Positions 1-12,734 of a stretch of 64,000 nt of DNA are shown one piece after another. The position numbers were made by a program, and so were the translations under genes. Under the pieces are notes generated by a model. That model ran no database searches. It worked only from the letters and a program-made list of their open reading frames with translations, and was not told the DNA's origin. The DNA is from Harriotta raleighana (lineage: Eukaryota): NCBI GenBank assembly GCA_050575255.1, contig JBNZDD010013655.1, positions 2,575,065 to 2,639,064 on the forward strand. Reading direction: 5' to 3'. Positions within the stretch are counted from its first letter, which is position 1, and every line of letters starts with the position of its first letter.

Positions 1-744
1 ATATTAATATGGCATTTGTCCAATTTATTGTAAACCTTGTTATGTTGAAATGCTCAGCAATAGGGAAGCAGCAATGTTTGGGGCTACAAGTTGAAACTGC
101 AGGAATATGGTAAAAACAGATAATGTGATCTGTCACAAGATTAATGCAAAACATTGGTGCTTTTTCATTATATGTATACAATGCAAAATGTCACCTGCAA
201 ACGGCACACTGTTAAAAGCTTGAAAGATGTAAAGACAAATCCAGATCTTCTATATTAGGGTAAGAATTTCTACAGATCAGTATGTGTCCAGGTCTGAAAT
301 AGGAGGAAGGCTGAATAGGAGGAATGGGGCAATTTAATTGGGGAATTCTGTGCTGGAAATTTCTGTGATTAAGCTTCTCTCATTTTGACTTGATTGAAAG
401 ACTTCTTTACTCAGCCTCACCATCTCTGGTTCAAGTTAGTATAAACAATTGACACTATTCATTTCCTTGTTTCCTTTTTCATGTTCATTCTGTTTGGTTT
501 AGTAAACATTCTGTATCACAGTGAATATTGGATTGCTATTCAACTTCAAATTCTCCAATTGCAATAATTTATCAGTGGATGATCCTTTCTTTCATTATTC
601 ATCCTTGGTCTATTTGTTCTTGTGGGCTAATTTCAAATAGGTTGTATTAGTGCAAACTGCTTACTGCTAATTTGGTGCTGTGTGTGTGTGTTTGCTCTTT
701 TGTATTATTTTCAGAAATATATTTTTCATCACAACATTGCTACA

Positions 745-870
745 GATCAAGCTTAGACAATTATTTTGGGAGGGCAATTGGGAAAGGGTGGGTGAGTGGA
801 ATTGATTTCAAAGACCCGGCACAGACACGATGGGCCAAATGGCCTCCTTCTGTGCTATATGATTCTGTGA
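745..870 (+). mobile_element. CR1 LINE 3' end fragment
   Basis: GGCACAGACACGATGGGCCAAATGGCCTCCTTCTGTGCT...GATTCTGTGA matches the 3' UTR of the CR1 copies at 56950-57017 and 62200-62277. Confidence 0.8.
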
Positions 871-1064
871 TCAACAGAAAGTTGACAAATCAGAATCATC
901 TGATTACAAAACAACATAACAACTATTTTAACACTAAAACTATTGTAATTTCTCCATTAAGTGACCAGATATTCCATAGCAGCGATAATTCCAATGGAGG
1001 TTTGTATTACAATGACCTGGAATTTGAGCTTCTCAATTTACAACAATAACCTGAACTTTATAGA

Positions 1065-1220
1065 GGGCTGGAAAGTAGGGGAGGGAAAGTGATAGGAGGT
1101 AGTGGGAGTTGGTGGGAGGCGTTGTTAAACATGGTCGTAAAGAAAGATTTTCAGGTGGGACTTGAAAAAGGGGAGAGAGGCGGAAAGGCAGAAAAGTTGA
1201 GGGACAATGTTCCAGAGATT
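1065..1220 (-). mobile_element. Degraded L2 LINE 3' fragment
   Basis: Purine-rich; reverse complement resembles CTCTGGAAC...TTCAAG...AAAATCTTTCTT...GACC of the other L2 3' regions in the window. Confidence 0.55.
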
Positions 1221-1337
1221 CAGCATTTTGCCTTGAGATTCATATAGCTAGTATATTTTTTGCTGCTCTACTTCTTCACTCTTGTGAACAGAGTTCTAGA
1301 TGTGTATGTTAGCGTGCCTTCCCTCTCCTGCAGCATC

Positions 1338-1655
1338 AAATGGCTCAGTCAGTAGCATTCTCACCTCTGAACCAAAAGGTTGAGGGTTCAAGCCTAATAT
1401 CAGGATGTGGAATTCACAAGTCTAGGACAACGTTCTGATACATTAGTGGGGATGTGCTGCATTGTCAGAGATATGAGTTAGTATTTTAAATCAAGGTCCT
1501 GTCTGCCGATTCAGGTGGAAGTCGAAGATCCCTTTGCACTAATTGCAAAGACCAGGAAGTTTCTCCTGATTTCCTGGCCAACAATTCCCTAAATAAAATA
1601 GATAATTCCCTCCATGGCTGGTTGTGGGCTATTGTTATATGCAATTTGAATACTA
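1338..1655 (+). mobile_element. tRNA-derived Deu-domain SINE (SacSINE1/AmnSINE1-like)
   Basis: A box TGGCTCAGTCAGT, B box GGTTCAAGCC, then GTGCTGCATTGTCAGAG...AAGGTCCTGTCTGC...CAGGTGGA...AAGATCCC...CCTGGCCAA, recalled as the Deu central domain. Confidence 0.8.
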
Positions 1656-3494
1656 TACCAAATATAAATATAATTATTTTTCACCTGCTAATATTCTGCA
1701 TCGACAATCTAAATGAGGTTTATTCCACATTGTAATGAAAAGGTATTCATCAAGCACTGGAGATCTTTATGCATATACTCAACAACCACTTACTGGCAAG
1801 AATACAGAATGAAACAAAATCTGTTGATGGTCTATGAAATAAGTTATTTTAAAAAATCTTTCTTGACAATATTTAGGTTGGTTTAATTTTAGATACTTAG
1901 TAATGGGAATTCTTAATTGTTTTTTCTTCTCTCCGTAGTGACCTTTCCAATCATGCTGAAAAAAATGTCTTGTCGGTTGACTTGACATTCTTCCTGCATT
2001 CAGAAGTATTTCACATTTGCCTGGCACAATTTCCAACTCAAGTAATCCCATTAAGAAATACCACAAATGACACCCTAATAACTTTACAAAATATGTTCAG
2101 TACCTTGTTACAACACGAGGGATGAAAAATTAGATATGTGATAAATGTCACCAGTGATAATTATATCTCGGGACATACCTGGAGATGTCCCAGCAATAAT
2201 TTCTTGCCCCATCTTTCATCTTGTTAAAATGATTTCACATTTCCCCAGCTATTGAGCCAGACAGTATTTCAATGTTTATTGAGAGATACTAACTACTGTA
2301 TTACTGCCGGGGGGAATTATTACTGCAAGATCTTGGAGGATTCCAACCTAACTCTATCAGTGTCCGGAAAAGCAATGCTCAAACATTGTTTCGAAGATTG
2401 AAAATAATAATCAAGGAAGGCAATGAGGCTGCCAATAAAGCAGCCAAATTTTGTTGAAATCAAGCATGGGATTAAATTAAAATGGGTTAAAAGATTTCAC
2501 CACCAGTCAGAAACAATAGATGGAAAAGCAATGTTTCAAAATCGATTCAATATGATAATTAGCACATTGAATCGCTTATAAAATGTTGAACATTTTACCC
2601 CTCTATGTGGAATACTAATAAACTATGTATATTGTATTTTATTTTGGGTTACTGAGAATAACAAAACATGTCTATGTTTTCGTCAAACTTTTAATTAAAG
2701 CTAATAACTTTATAGAATTGTAATTTCGCAACCATCAACATTTTATTAGATCAAAAGAGATTTGCCTTTTATGATTCGGTTTCATTTTTGTTACAATTTA
2801 AATTTCTTTTACAGCAAAGAAGTGATATATTAACCTTTTTTTAAATTTAAGACTTTTTGAACCTTTTTGAGCTCTGCAAGCTCTGCATATTAAAATGATA
2901 AAAATTTTGTCTGAAAGTTACATATATAAACTGCATTTTAGCATCAGAGATGTGCTTAAAACTTAAAACAGTTTGCACTAAATATTTGAAAGGCCCTGAG
3001 AGAGTGGATCTGCTCTGCATCGAAATATTTAATTGACACCTTTTTCTGTCTTTACTCAATTTATGTGCTCATTAAAGTGAAGGATGATGTCAGTACTGAG
3101 AAAGAGATCAACTTTAATTTTGCCTCCAGGACCTAGACAGCTCTCTTTAAATCAGAGCAACCAGAAATATGTGCAGTGTTTTAACTTGGCCATGACTTCT
3201 GGGAAGTAAAACTCAAAACGATTTGTATGGTAGCCCAGCATCCCGTTTAGCCAGGTTTATTGCTGCTTCACATTGCTTTTCACACGGTGATTGATGAGTC
3301 AAGTCAACAACATTTCTAGGTCTCCTTAACTTTCCCTCTTATCAAGTTCTATATTGCTCATGGAGTACAAATGTCTCCTATTTTTATTCCGTATATTCAG
3401 TAGCTTCTATTTATTCATAATGAACTTCATTTATTATTAAGACCTTCTCTGAACCACAGTGTCCACTAGTTTTGCATGCAAACCACAGACACTC

Positions 3495-4150
3495 CACTTT
3501 ACAGTATATCCCATGAAGCACTTTGAGATTTCTTGCCAATGTGATGAGTAGCTGTATCAATTGCAAAGATTGTTGTTAAGCTATAATATGTTGTTGTTAT
3601 TTGTAAATACAATTCCCTTGCTTTGATTCTTACAGCATATTCTGTGAAGCGCTTTGAGACGTCTGGAAGACATGAAAAAGCGCTATACCAAAATGAAAGG
3701 ATTATTATTATTAATCTATTAATATCAGTTAGGGGAGAGGTGCTGAGTGCAGAGAAGGGCATTAGAGAATAACTTTTGCATGCTCTTCTAACATATATCA
3801 ACTCCCTGAATAACATCATTACATGTTTTCCTATACCTACTTTTTCAGCAATTTCTGTCTTCACAGTATATTCTGTGAAGCACTTTGAGATGTCTAGAAG
3901 ATGTGAAAATGCTATAACAAATGCAAGGATTATTATTATTACAATATAATCTAATATAATAATACTTTTGAAAAAAATAATAAATTGGTTATTTCAATCT
4001 ACAACTGTCTGTGAGACACTGTCATCCACAATTGGCTGCTCCATTTCACCCACAACTCTACAGTCAATTCACTTTACAGTATATTCTGTGAAGAGGTTTG
4101 AGACATCTAGAAGACATGAAAAGCGTTATATCAAATGCAAGGATTATTAG
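3495..4150 (+). mobile_element. Cluster of four 5'-truncated SINE 3' ends
   Basis: Four copies of (T)ACAGTATATTCTGTGAAGC(G/A)CTTTGAGA...GCTAT...AAATGCAAGGATTATT near 3495, 3630, 3862 and 4000-4150. Confidence 0.85.
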
Positions 4151-4412
4151 TATTTTATTATATTGTTATATACAGTAATTTGATAAATTAATGAATAGAA
4201 GATTATGTCACTATTTCTCAGACTGAGAAAATGTAGTGACTGGTGTTCCATATGGGTTAGTGTCCTTGTGAACAAAATTGNAATTTGATAAATTAATGAA
4301 TAGAAGAATATGTCACTATTTCTCAGACTGAGAAGATGTAGTGACTGGTGTTCCATATGGGTTAGTGTCCTTGTGAACAAAATTGTGATATTTCTAAATG
4401 CATTCCTTAAAA

Positions 4413-5075
4413 CCATAGAAACATACAACTCAACACAAAGCCATTCAGCCCATTGTATTAGTGGTGTGGGCTCATGCAATGAAGCCAACTATCCTAAGCT
4501 TTATTTCCTACTATTTTTCACCCTATAATNGTCAGTGTGGGCTCATGCAGTGAAGCCAACTATCCTAAGCTTTATTTCCTACTATTTTTCACCCTATAAT
4601 ATCCATCTTCTGTATGGGTTTATCTAATTCCTTTAAATGGATCGATCAATTCTGCTCTGACAGACACTTCTGGCAAATCAGTTCTTATTCTGATAATCAT
4701 CTAGGAGAAAAATCATCTTTCTAAATTCCCCTTTCGCATTCCAAGTTGTAATCCTCTTTTGCTCAAATCACTTACCAGCGAAAATGGTTCTATGCCATTT
4801 ACCTTCTCATGACCTGAAAGGCGCTATTCAAATGTAATTTTGTTGTTGTTGCTGTTGTTGTTATCTAAAACAATTCTATCGTATCACCCTCTACCTTCTC
4901 TGTTCCAACAGAAAGAATCCTGCCTCTCCAGTCTCTCCTCATCTCTTTCTCACCCCTGGTACATCCTTGTGAATTTAACCATAGTTTTAATATATTTTCT
5001 AAACTGCAGTGCTCAATAGTGCACACAATATTCCAGCTGTGGCCTAACCAACATCCTGCAAAGGTCACATTTAAT
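4413..5075 (-). mobile_element. Old CR1 LINE 3' fragment with a short plus-strand L2 tail inserted (about 4800-4862)
   Basis: CATAGAAAC tail, GCCATTCAGCCC 3' motif and TGCACACAATATTCCAGCTGTGGCCTAACCA (antisense of LVRPQLEYCV); GAAAGGCGCTATTCAAATGTAATTTTGTTGTTG inside it. Confidence 0.7.
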
Positions 5076-5147
5076 AATCCTGTCTATAAAATCCAGTATG
5101 CTATGTACTGTACTTCCATTCTTTATTGTTTTTGCTTAACTGTGCTT

Positions 5148-5265
5148 CACATTCTCAGCTTGTGGGTTGTGGGTTCAAGCCCCACAGTAGGGATCTGGCC
5201 ATTGGTCAGTGATGACACTACAATGCTTGGGGTGCACTGCATTATTGAAGGTGCTGTCCTTCAAA
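5148..5265 (+). mobile_element. Deu-domain SINE 5' fragment
   Basis: GGTTGTGGGTTCAAGCCCCAC B-box region and GCACTGCATTATTGAAGGTGCTGTCCTTC at the start of the Deu domain. Confidence 0.6.
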
Positions 5266-5764
5266 GTAAATCTATACCAAATAACACATGCCATTCATCC
5301 CAAATCCTTGCTAGGTTCCATTGACTTTCTTTCTCTCAACGGATTAACTTCAAGATTCTCGCCCTCATAGGCATTCATAAAATCCCATTAAAGCTTTACT
5401 TCCTACAGTAGAGAAACAATTATATGAAGTAATTGGCATCAATTCCATTGTTTTCAGAACTGCAATTAGTCATATAAGGAAAGTAACAACAACAACAAAG
5501 TTACATTTGTAAAGCGCCTTTCACGTTGGGAGGTCATCATGCAAAATACAAATTAGCTGTATTGCTAACCAAAGAATCCTTTCATTAGGAGTAAGACGGT
5601 CATAAATGTACCACACTTTGCAGACGATCCCTCTCTGCCATTCAGTCTTTCTTTTTTGTTCAATATGCTCTTTTTCTATATCTCTCATTTAGTTTCTAAC
5701 TTTCTATCATTCTATGTTATTTGTCTCTATCTATGACTGTTTCTATTCCTCTTTGTCTCCTAGT

Positions 5765-6147
5765 GGAATCCTGTGGTTCATTGATTGGTTAGAGCACTTT
5801 CCTTGCAAGTAAGAGACCTGGGTTTGACTCTCTACTAAGCAAAATGTTTCCTTACTCCATACTGTATGTATATCTGATGATATACATTTTTTTTTACGTC
5901 TGCAGTAAGTAGAAACCTGGTGGTTAGTCAATTGGCAGATCACTTTTCCCAGACGTAATGATTTCTTCAAAAAAAAGAGTCACTTCAATTCATGACTATT
6001 TGTTGGATACTGTTGTGTGCAATTGGCTGCCGGGTTTATTCCACAAAATATATACAGTCAATTCACTTACAGTATTTTCTGGAAAGTGCTTTGGGACATC
6101 TAGAAGACATGATAAGATGCTACATAAAATGCAAAGATTATTATTAT
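5765..6147 (+). mobile_element. tRNA-derived SINE, long older variant
   Basis: GGTTAGAGCAC head, TTTCCTTACTCCA body, extra internal segment, (ATT)n tail. Confidence 0.8.
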
Positions 6148-6159
6148 AGTTTAGGCTCA

Positions 6160-6445
6160 TACTCCAGTGCAGTGCTTGCAGAGTGGTTTTATTTTGGAGG
6201 TGTCATCATTCAAATGAGAAGATAATTTAAGGTTCGATCTGCCTGTTTAGGTGGACATTAAAGATTCCATGGCACAACTTGAAAACAGAAGGAAGTTTCT
6301 CCTGGTGTCCTAGGCAACAAACCTCCCAGTGAGGATTGATCATTCACTTTGTGGTTGTTTGAGGGTCATTATTGTGCCAAGTTAACTGCCGTGCCTGCCT
6401 ACAAAATTCATAGTTATTACATTTTAGAATGGATGCTATAAAAAG
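6160..6445 (+). mobile_element. Deu-domain SINE fragment
   Basis: GGAGGTGTCATCATTCAAATGAGA...AGGTGGACATTAAAGATTCCATGGCAC...CCTGGTGTCCTAGGCAA. Confidence 0.75.
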
Positions 6446-7019
6446 CTTAAGAGGTAGTATGAAAGGTGAACATGAGAGGAGCAATATGAAATGCAATGAT
6501 TAATTTTCTGAATTCTGGGACAGTCACCATCTTTGTTTTTAGGTTTAGTTTTCGAATCACTTATTCAATTTTTTAAACTTGAAATTGTGCCTGTTAAACA
6601 TATCATTTAGCAAATATTCATAGGTTCATAGATGGTAAAACTTAGAAACAGGCCATTCGGCACTTCCAGTCTCCACATGAGTATCTGGGAATAAAAATGG
6701 GGAAAGTCTTTAAACATGTTCAGTTAACAGGATGGATTTCATGCTTCTTGCATACGCTGGTGTAAAAATATTTTAAAAGTTAAACAAAAGTAGCTGGAAA
6801 TTTAAAAAATGATTCCTTCATTTTATTGCCGTACATTCTGCAAGGCCTGAATGGGAGATGGCATTTTCTGAAATCAGGATATGTTCAGGCAAAAAATAAT
6901 AATGATAATACTCCTTGTAATTTGTGGGGCACCGTATCAGATCACTGTATCACATCTCAAATTTGCTCCAAATGTCTTGCGTTAAATACAGAGTCTATGC
7001 ATCCATGAATGGCCAATTT

Positions 7020-7200
7020 TACATTGGGATCTATCCACCAGGATACAGAGAGAAGTACACTTTTCTTATTGAATAGTGCTATTGGATCTTTAACATTCAT
7101 ATTAAACCAAGACCTTGGTTTAACATCTCATCTGAAGGATGGCACTTCTAACAATGCAACACCACCCAATATTGTATCTGGACAATGAGCTCTTGATATA
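7020..7200 (-). mobile_element. Deu-domain SINE fragment
   Basis: GGATCTTTAACATTCA...CCTTGGTTTAACATCTCATCTGAAGGATGGCAC is the antisense Deu domain. Confidence 0.7.
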
Positions 7201-7988
7201 GAATTGAAGGCACAACCTTCTATCAAATCTATCATTATGGCAGTGATAAAGTATTTGCTAACTATCTGCCATGATAATTATGAAATTGAATATATTTGAT
7301 CAAAACCGCAATTTCTAGCCCCTTGGGATGTCCTCCCGATGTGAAAGGCGCTCTATGAATGTAATTTTGTTGATTTTGCTGTTGATTGTATGATTTGATT
7401 CCTTTCTGAAACTACAGAATTTCTCTTTTGGATGGATTCAGATAAAATTTTCAAAATTATCATTACGACATTTCACTTGCTGCACTCATTAAAGAAATAA
7501 TTGGAAAAACAAAAATGTCTGAAATGATTTTATTTTAGTATAAGCTTTGGTTATCCTTGTCAGCCACTCTGATCCATTGCTTTTAAAATGCCAATTTTCA
7601 TGTATGGTTTGGTGGGTTACTTTATAACCCACAGAGTCTAATTTTAATCATGCCTTGCGGGGTAAGTGTCAGCTCCATGCTTGCTGCCAGATCATCTATG
7701 TAACCATTTGTGTGCCTTAACAAACCCTGTAGCATGACTGAATCAGTCTGTCAACATACAGATGGTATGTATGATCGTTGCCAAGCATTTTCTGTGTGTT
7801 ACAGCACAAATCTCAGGAGGCAATTTATTATTTTCCTCTCCCGGTACGAGCCGTCACCTATCTTTCCAAAAAGCAGCAGATGGACAGTTGTTTCTCTACA
7901 GTTATTTTAAGTAGCCAGGCACTCCCCTCTTCTTCCTCTCCCCACTCTCCCCAGTTGCTACTATCTTCACAGTCATTTCTCTTTGCAG

Positions 7989-8024
7989 AACACCATGGTT
8001 TATGCCTGTGCTTTTGCCTATAAG
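7989..8024 (+). CDS. Candidate 36-nt exon of an unidentified host gene (NTMVYACAFAYK in frame 0; TPWFMPVLLPI in the +1 frame)
   Basis: Long polypyrimidine tract ending TTTCTCTTTGCAG, donor AAG|GTAGAT, length divisible by 3, CACCATGG Kozak context at 7995, TGCATG at 8042. Confidence 0.35.
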
Positions 8025-8489
8025 GTAGATTTTTTTGTGTGTGCATGCGTGCAGTTAATTAAATTATAGCTTTTAATCGTATGTTGAAGCTGGTCTTACT
8101 TCAAGTATCTGCAGTTTCTGAAGCTGGCAAAGGTTGAAAGACAGCTCGCATGTGTGCATACTTTTCCCACTGAGTGCAGTTTCCCTTCTGCGGTCTTGAT
8201 TGTTAATGAACTGAGACGCTCTGTGCCAGAACATGTTAACATTCTGGTGTTTAAAAGAAGAAACAATCAAAGAAGCAAATGACAAATCTTCAGTACAGTG
8301 AGTCTTTGAAATATATGTTTTTTTTTAAATGCTAATTTATTTTAGAGCTCAAATACAGTTTATGATGGTGGCGATGATTCAGCACTTATTAACGCTTAAA
8401 GAGCTGAAGTTAGGTGACAGGCTTTTGTGTTCTTTTATTTCTGCCAGAACCGTCTTCTTCTTTTAAATCAAAATGGTGTTTTATCAGCG

Positions 8490-9380
8490 TAACCTTGGAT
8501 TGTATTCTCATGAGTTTAGAAAGTTGAGGGGTGATTTGATTTAGGTGTTTAAGATGACAAAGAGATTTCATAGGGTAGATACGGAGAAGCTATTTCCTCT
8601 GGTAGGAAAATCCAAAACAAGGAGACAAAGTATTAAAATTGGAATCAGGCCATTTAAAAGTGAAATCAGGAAGCATTTTTCTTGCATTTTAACTAACAAA
8701 GCCAGTCAGGAATCTGGGTGTCTTGTTTGACCCTGAACTGTTCGTTCTCCCTCATATCCATGCCATGAACAGCACTGTCTTCCACCATCTCCACAACATT
8801 GTCCATTCTGCCAATGCCTCACCCCTCACATCGCTGAAATCCTTACACATATGTTTGTCACCTCAAGACCCAACTACCCAGTGGCCAGGCTTTCAGCATC
8901 ACTGCTCCCAAGCTTTGGAATTCAATCCCACAATCCCTTCACCTTTCTCCATCCCTTGCCTCTTTCAAGATTGGTCTCAAGACCCTCCATTTCGACCATG
9001 CCTTCAGTCACTATCCTACTTCTCTGCCCTCATCCCACCCCTTCCTCCACCCCAGCATCCCATGCTTTAGTCCTGAATCCTGACTGTTCAATGCCTTGGG
9101 ACATCCTCCAGAGGTGAAAGGCACTCTATAATTCTAATGTCGTTGTTACTCAAACAGTGGTACAAATCTGTGATTCTCTCCCCCAAAAGGCTATGGATGC
9201 TGCATCCGTCCACACCTTCAAGAGTGAGGTTGATAGATTTTTGGTAGATCAGGGTGTTAAGGGATCTGGGGAGAAAGTGGGAAATTGCAACTGAAAGGCT
9301 CAGTTGAGATGCAAACCAGCCATCAACTAGTGGAATGAGCTAGAAGAGCTGAATGGCCTACTCCTGTTCCTATGTTCCTA
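8490..9380 (+). mobile_element. CR1 LINE 3' fragment interrupted by an L2 insertion
   Basis: ORF 8545 (RVDTEKLFPLVG...IRKHF) is CR1 ORF2 C-terminus; CR1 resumes at about 9148 and ends GAATGGCCTACTCCTGTTCCTATGTTCCTAT. Confidence 0.85.
8695..9148 (+). mobile_element. L2 LINE 3' fragment with internal deletion, nested in CR1
   Basis: NLGVLFDPEL-type motif and tail CCTTGGGACATCCTCCAGAGGTGAAAGGCACTCTATA...GTTGTT. Confidence 0.8.
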
Positions 9381-11589
9381 TCAGTTAGCCTGCTGTATTT
9401 TCCAACACTTTAGCATTCTTCTATGTTGAAAAATCTAATTAATTAAATACCTAAATATCCAATGTCCATGTCTTGGTGACCAACAATAGTATACATTGCA
9501 TACTGCTCTGTTGAGATGTAAAAGCCAAGCTTGGGATATCCTCCCAAAGTAACAGGTGCTATTGAAATGTAATTCGTGAATCTTTATATTGATTGCTGAA
9601 TAGTCTTAAAATTAGTCACTAACAAATAATATCTTGATGGGATCAGGGAGGATAAGACAGGCCACTGGACCATCTTCTCAAGTTAGACAACTTCCTTTGA
9701 TAGATCAACTAATAAACCCTAATTTGCCTAATTCATTTTTGAAACTTAAAATGTGAGTATCCTGGGTCATGCTTTGCTTTAAAATCACTCATTTTAAGGA
9801 ATTCTTGAATATTGTGCAAAAAGTTTGCAATTTTGTTATGAATTTCCAATGTAAAGTAATACAGAGATTGTTTTATATGAATTGCACACTGTGTACAGCT
9901 TTGAAACTGGACATTAGGCTCAACTTTCAGTTGAGCTTAGTTTATATATGTGTTACTTACACCTTCCTAGAATGTTTCTGTTCCACCTCGGCAACATTTT
10001 AGTTGGCTATTTGACTTGTAGGCCTGTAACTATAGGCTACGTATTTGAGTTTTTTTTCCCCGGACAACAGTTATCACTGATCCGTCATGTCTTCCATGAA
10101 ATCCCACTGCTGAGCTTAATGTTTCCAGTGTGCATCACTTAGGAAAGTCATTTCTCTGTCACATTGCATGCCACCTCTGCTCTATCAGACTCTTCACCAT
10201 ATTACCTTCACTCTTCAGTGATTTTTTGCAAAGCTGCATGAGCTCATGTTTGGGTGTGTGCATTCAACTGCTCTGAATATTTATGCTCGAACTATCACAA
10301 GCTCTTTAACGATATTTGTGTGTGACGTCACTCTGATTGATATGAAGCTCTATCCGGAGACAGCTAACATGGAAGCTCAGTAGCCAGAATAATTTATTTG
10401 TCACTTTCCACTGGAATATTCTGAGGCCTCTGAAATGTGTGTTGGACGTTTGCAACAGTTCTTAGAGCAAATAGGTTTACAATATATTTCTTTTTCAATA
10501 GATATTTTGTTTTAATTACCTCTTTGGCATGTTTTTTTCTATTCTTATTGCATTCTTCTGTTTGCTGGTTTCTTCTTAACATTATCTTGGAAAAATTGGG
10601 CTCATTTCATAAGATCAAAGAAATTAAATTGTGGTCCCAAGTCCAGGATGTGATAAGGTGATATATCAAGTGCAAGGATGATTATTATTATTATTGGAAC
10701 AGCAGGGAATATACAACGGGTTAGAATCAATGCTATGAGAGTCAGCAATTCTCCTGTAGCTGTTTAGCTCCGTGTCATGCCACACCGCTGTTCAGTGCTC
10801 CAAGACACTAGTCGCATGAAGATCACTAGAAGTGAAAGGTGTTGATGTTGTCGCACTTTTAATACATCCCTCATTTTAACTCATCCTTTAGCTGCTACAG
10901 ATAGATGCAATCTTGTTTCTCTCAGCGTTTTATTGTGAGTTTGATGCAGTCAGTCTTTCAATTATACTCTGTATCCCCAAACTTCCAATAAATCCACTCT
11001 CGGAGATTGATGCATCACGATGTGTGCTATTTCTGCTGCTCAACCGCCAATTTAAATCAGAGATCAGACAGTTGGCTACACTCTATTTCAAAGTAAAATG
11101 ATTAAAAAGACAATTATGCCTATATGTCTGCTGGTCTCAAACAAGGTTTGCCACAAGTGGCCTGTCCATTTCCACTTCTCCATCACCTACATCGCTCATA
11201 TTTGCTGTCCGTAGTGGACAAGAGCATTTAATTGTCTGCTGGTCAGTGGGATTAATAAGTGTTTGTTGGGAAAATAAATGGAGTATCACATGAAAGCAAG
11301 CACTGACCCAGGATACAAGGCTCTGACCTCCAAATCATCTGAGAGCAGAGTTTTCAAGAGTCAATGTGTGATATGAAGGGGACCCAGCAGGAGATACATT
11401 TAACAGGCTGAGATGCTCTTCCAATTCAAGAATCCATCTATGGTACTGATTTTGCATCAGGCACTTTTTAACCCCCATCCCATGCCTGAAAATATGCAGA
11501 CCTTGGTGTGAGTTTATAATAGTCTAAGAAATTCTCAAACCTGAGTTTTTTAATGATTATTACAATTATATTATATAAAACAACAAACT

Positions 11590-12722
11590 GTCAGGCTCCA
11601 CTAGCTCTTTGCGACCCCAAGTCCCCTGATGGTCTGTCAGTCTGCCTGTCAGACATCGGGAGATGGATGAACACAAACTTCCTGCAGTTGAATGTTGACA
11701 AGATGGAAGTCATACTCTTTGGCTCTCGTCAACGTCTCCAATCGCATGGGTCTCACGTCCTTAACATTCCCGGCCTGCCCCTAAAACTCTCTGAACCCGT
11801 GCGCAACCTAGACATCAGGTTCAACCCCCAACTGTCTTTCCTCCCCCACATCCGGTCCCTCACCAGCACCGCTTTTTTCCAACTATGACGGATCGCCAAT
11901 CGCAATATCTCGCCCCAAAAGCTGCTAAAACCCTGGTCCATGCCTTTGTCACNGTCTCACGTCCTTAACATTCCCGGCCTGCCCCTAAAACTCTCTGAAC
12001 CCGTGCGCAACCTAGACATCAGGTTCAACCCCCAACTGTCTTTCCTCCCCCACATCCGGTCCCTCACCAGCACCGCTTTTTTCCAACTATGACGGATCGC
12101 CAATCGCAATATCTCGCCCCAAAAGCTGCTAAAACCCTGGTCCATGCCTTTGTCACCTCTCGACTGGACTATTCCAATCCCCTCCTTGCTCGTCTCCCTT
12201 CCACCACAATCCATAAAATCCAACTCATTCAAAACTCTGCCGCCCACATTCTCATCCGCATCAAACTTCACTCCCCCATTACCCCAGTCCTTGTCAGACT
12301 TCACTTGCTCCCTGTCCTAGAGAGGATCAACTTCAAGATCCTCACCCTTGTTTTCAAATCCCTCCACTAGTCTGCACTCCCCTATCTCTCCGACCTCACT
12401 CTTCAAACCTGCACCCGTTGCCTTCACTCCACCGGGTCTGGCCTCCTCCATGTCCCCTGAATCCTCCATCCTCGCCAGCCGTGCATTCAGCCGCTACGCC
12501 CCGAGGTCTGGAACTCCCTTCCTCACTCCCTTCCCCTCGACCCCTCTCTTCCCAGTTTCAAGTCCCAACTAAAGAACTTTCTCATTGACTGCCTTTGGTA
12601 ACCTTTCTACCCCTGCCCCTGACTCGGTCCCGGGATCCGTTGTTGTGAAGCGCTCTGAGACGCCGTCTGTCATGGAGGGTGCTATATAAATCAAAGTTGT
12701 TGTTGTTATTGTTGTTGTTGTA
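11590..12722 (+). mobile_element. L2 LINE 3' portion, tail type B
   Basis: CLSDIGRWMNTNFLQLNVDKMEVI and KTLVHAFVTSRLDYSN are L2-clade RT C-terminal motifs; tail GAAGCGCTCTGAGACGCC...GGAGGGTGCTATATAAATCAAAG(TTG)n. Confidence 0.9.
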
Positions 12723-12734
12723 GCTCCCATCACC

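Noticed and set aside
180-265. Possible exon ending at AGG|GTAAGA near 259
   Set aside because: No convincing acceptor or recognisable reading frame
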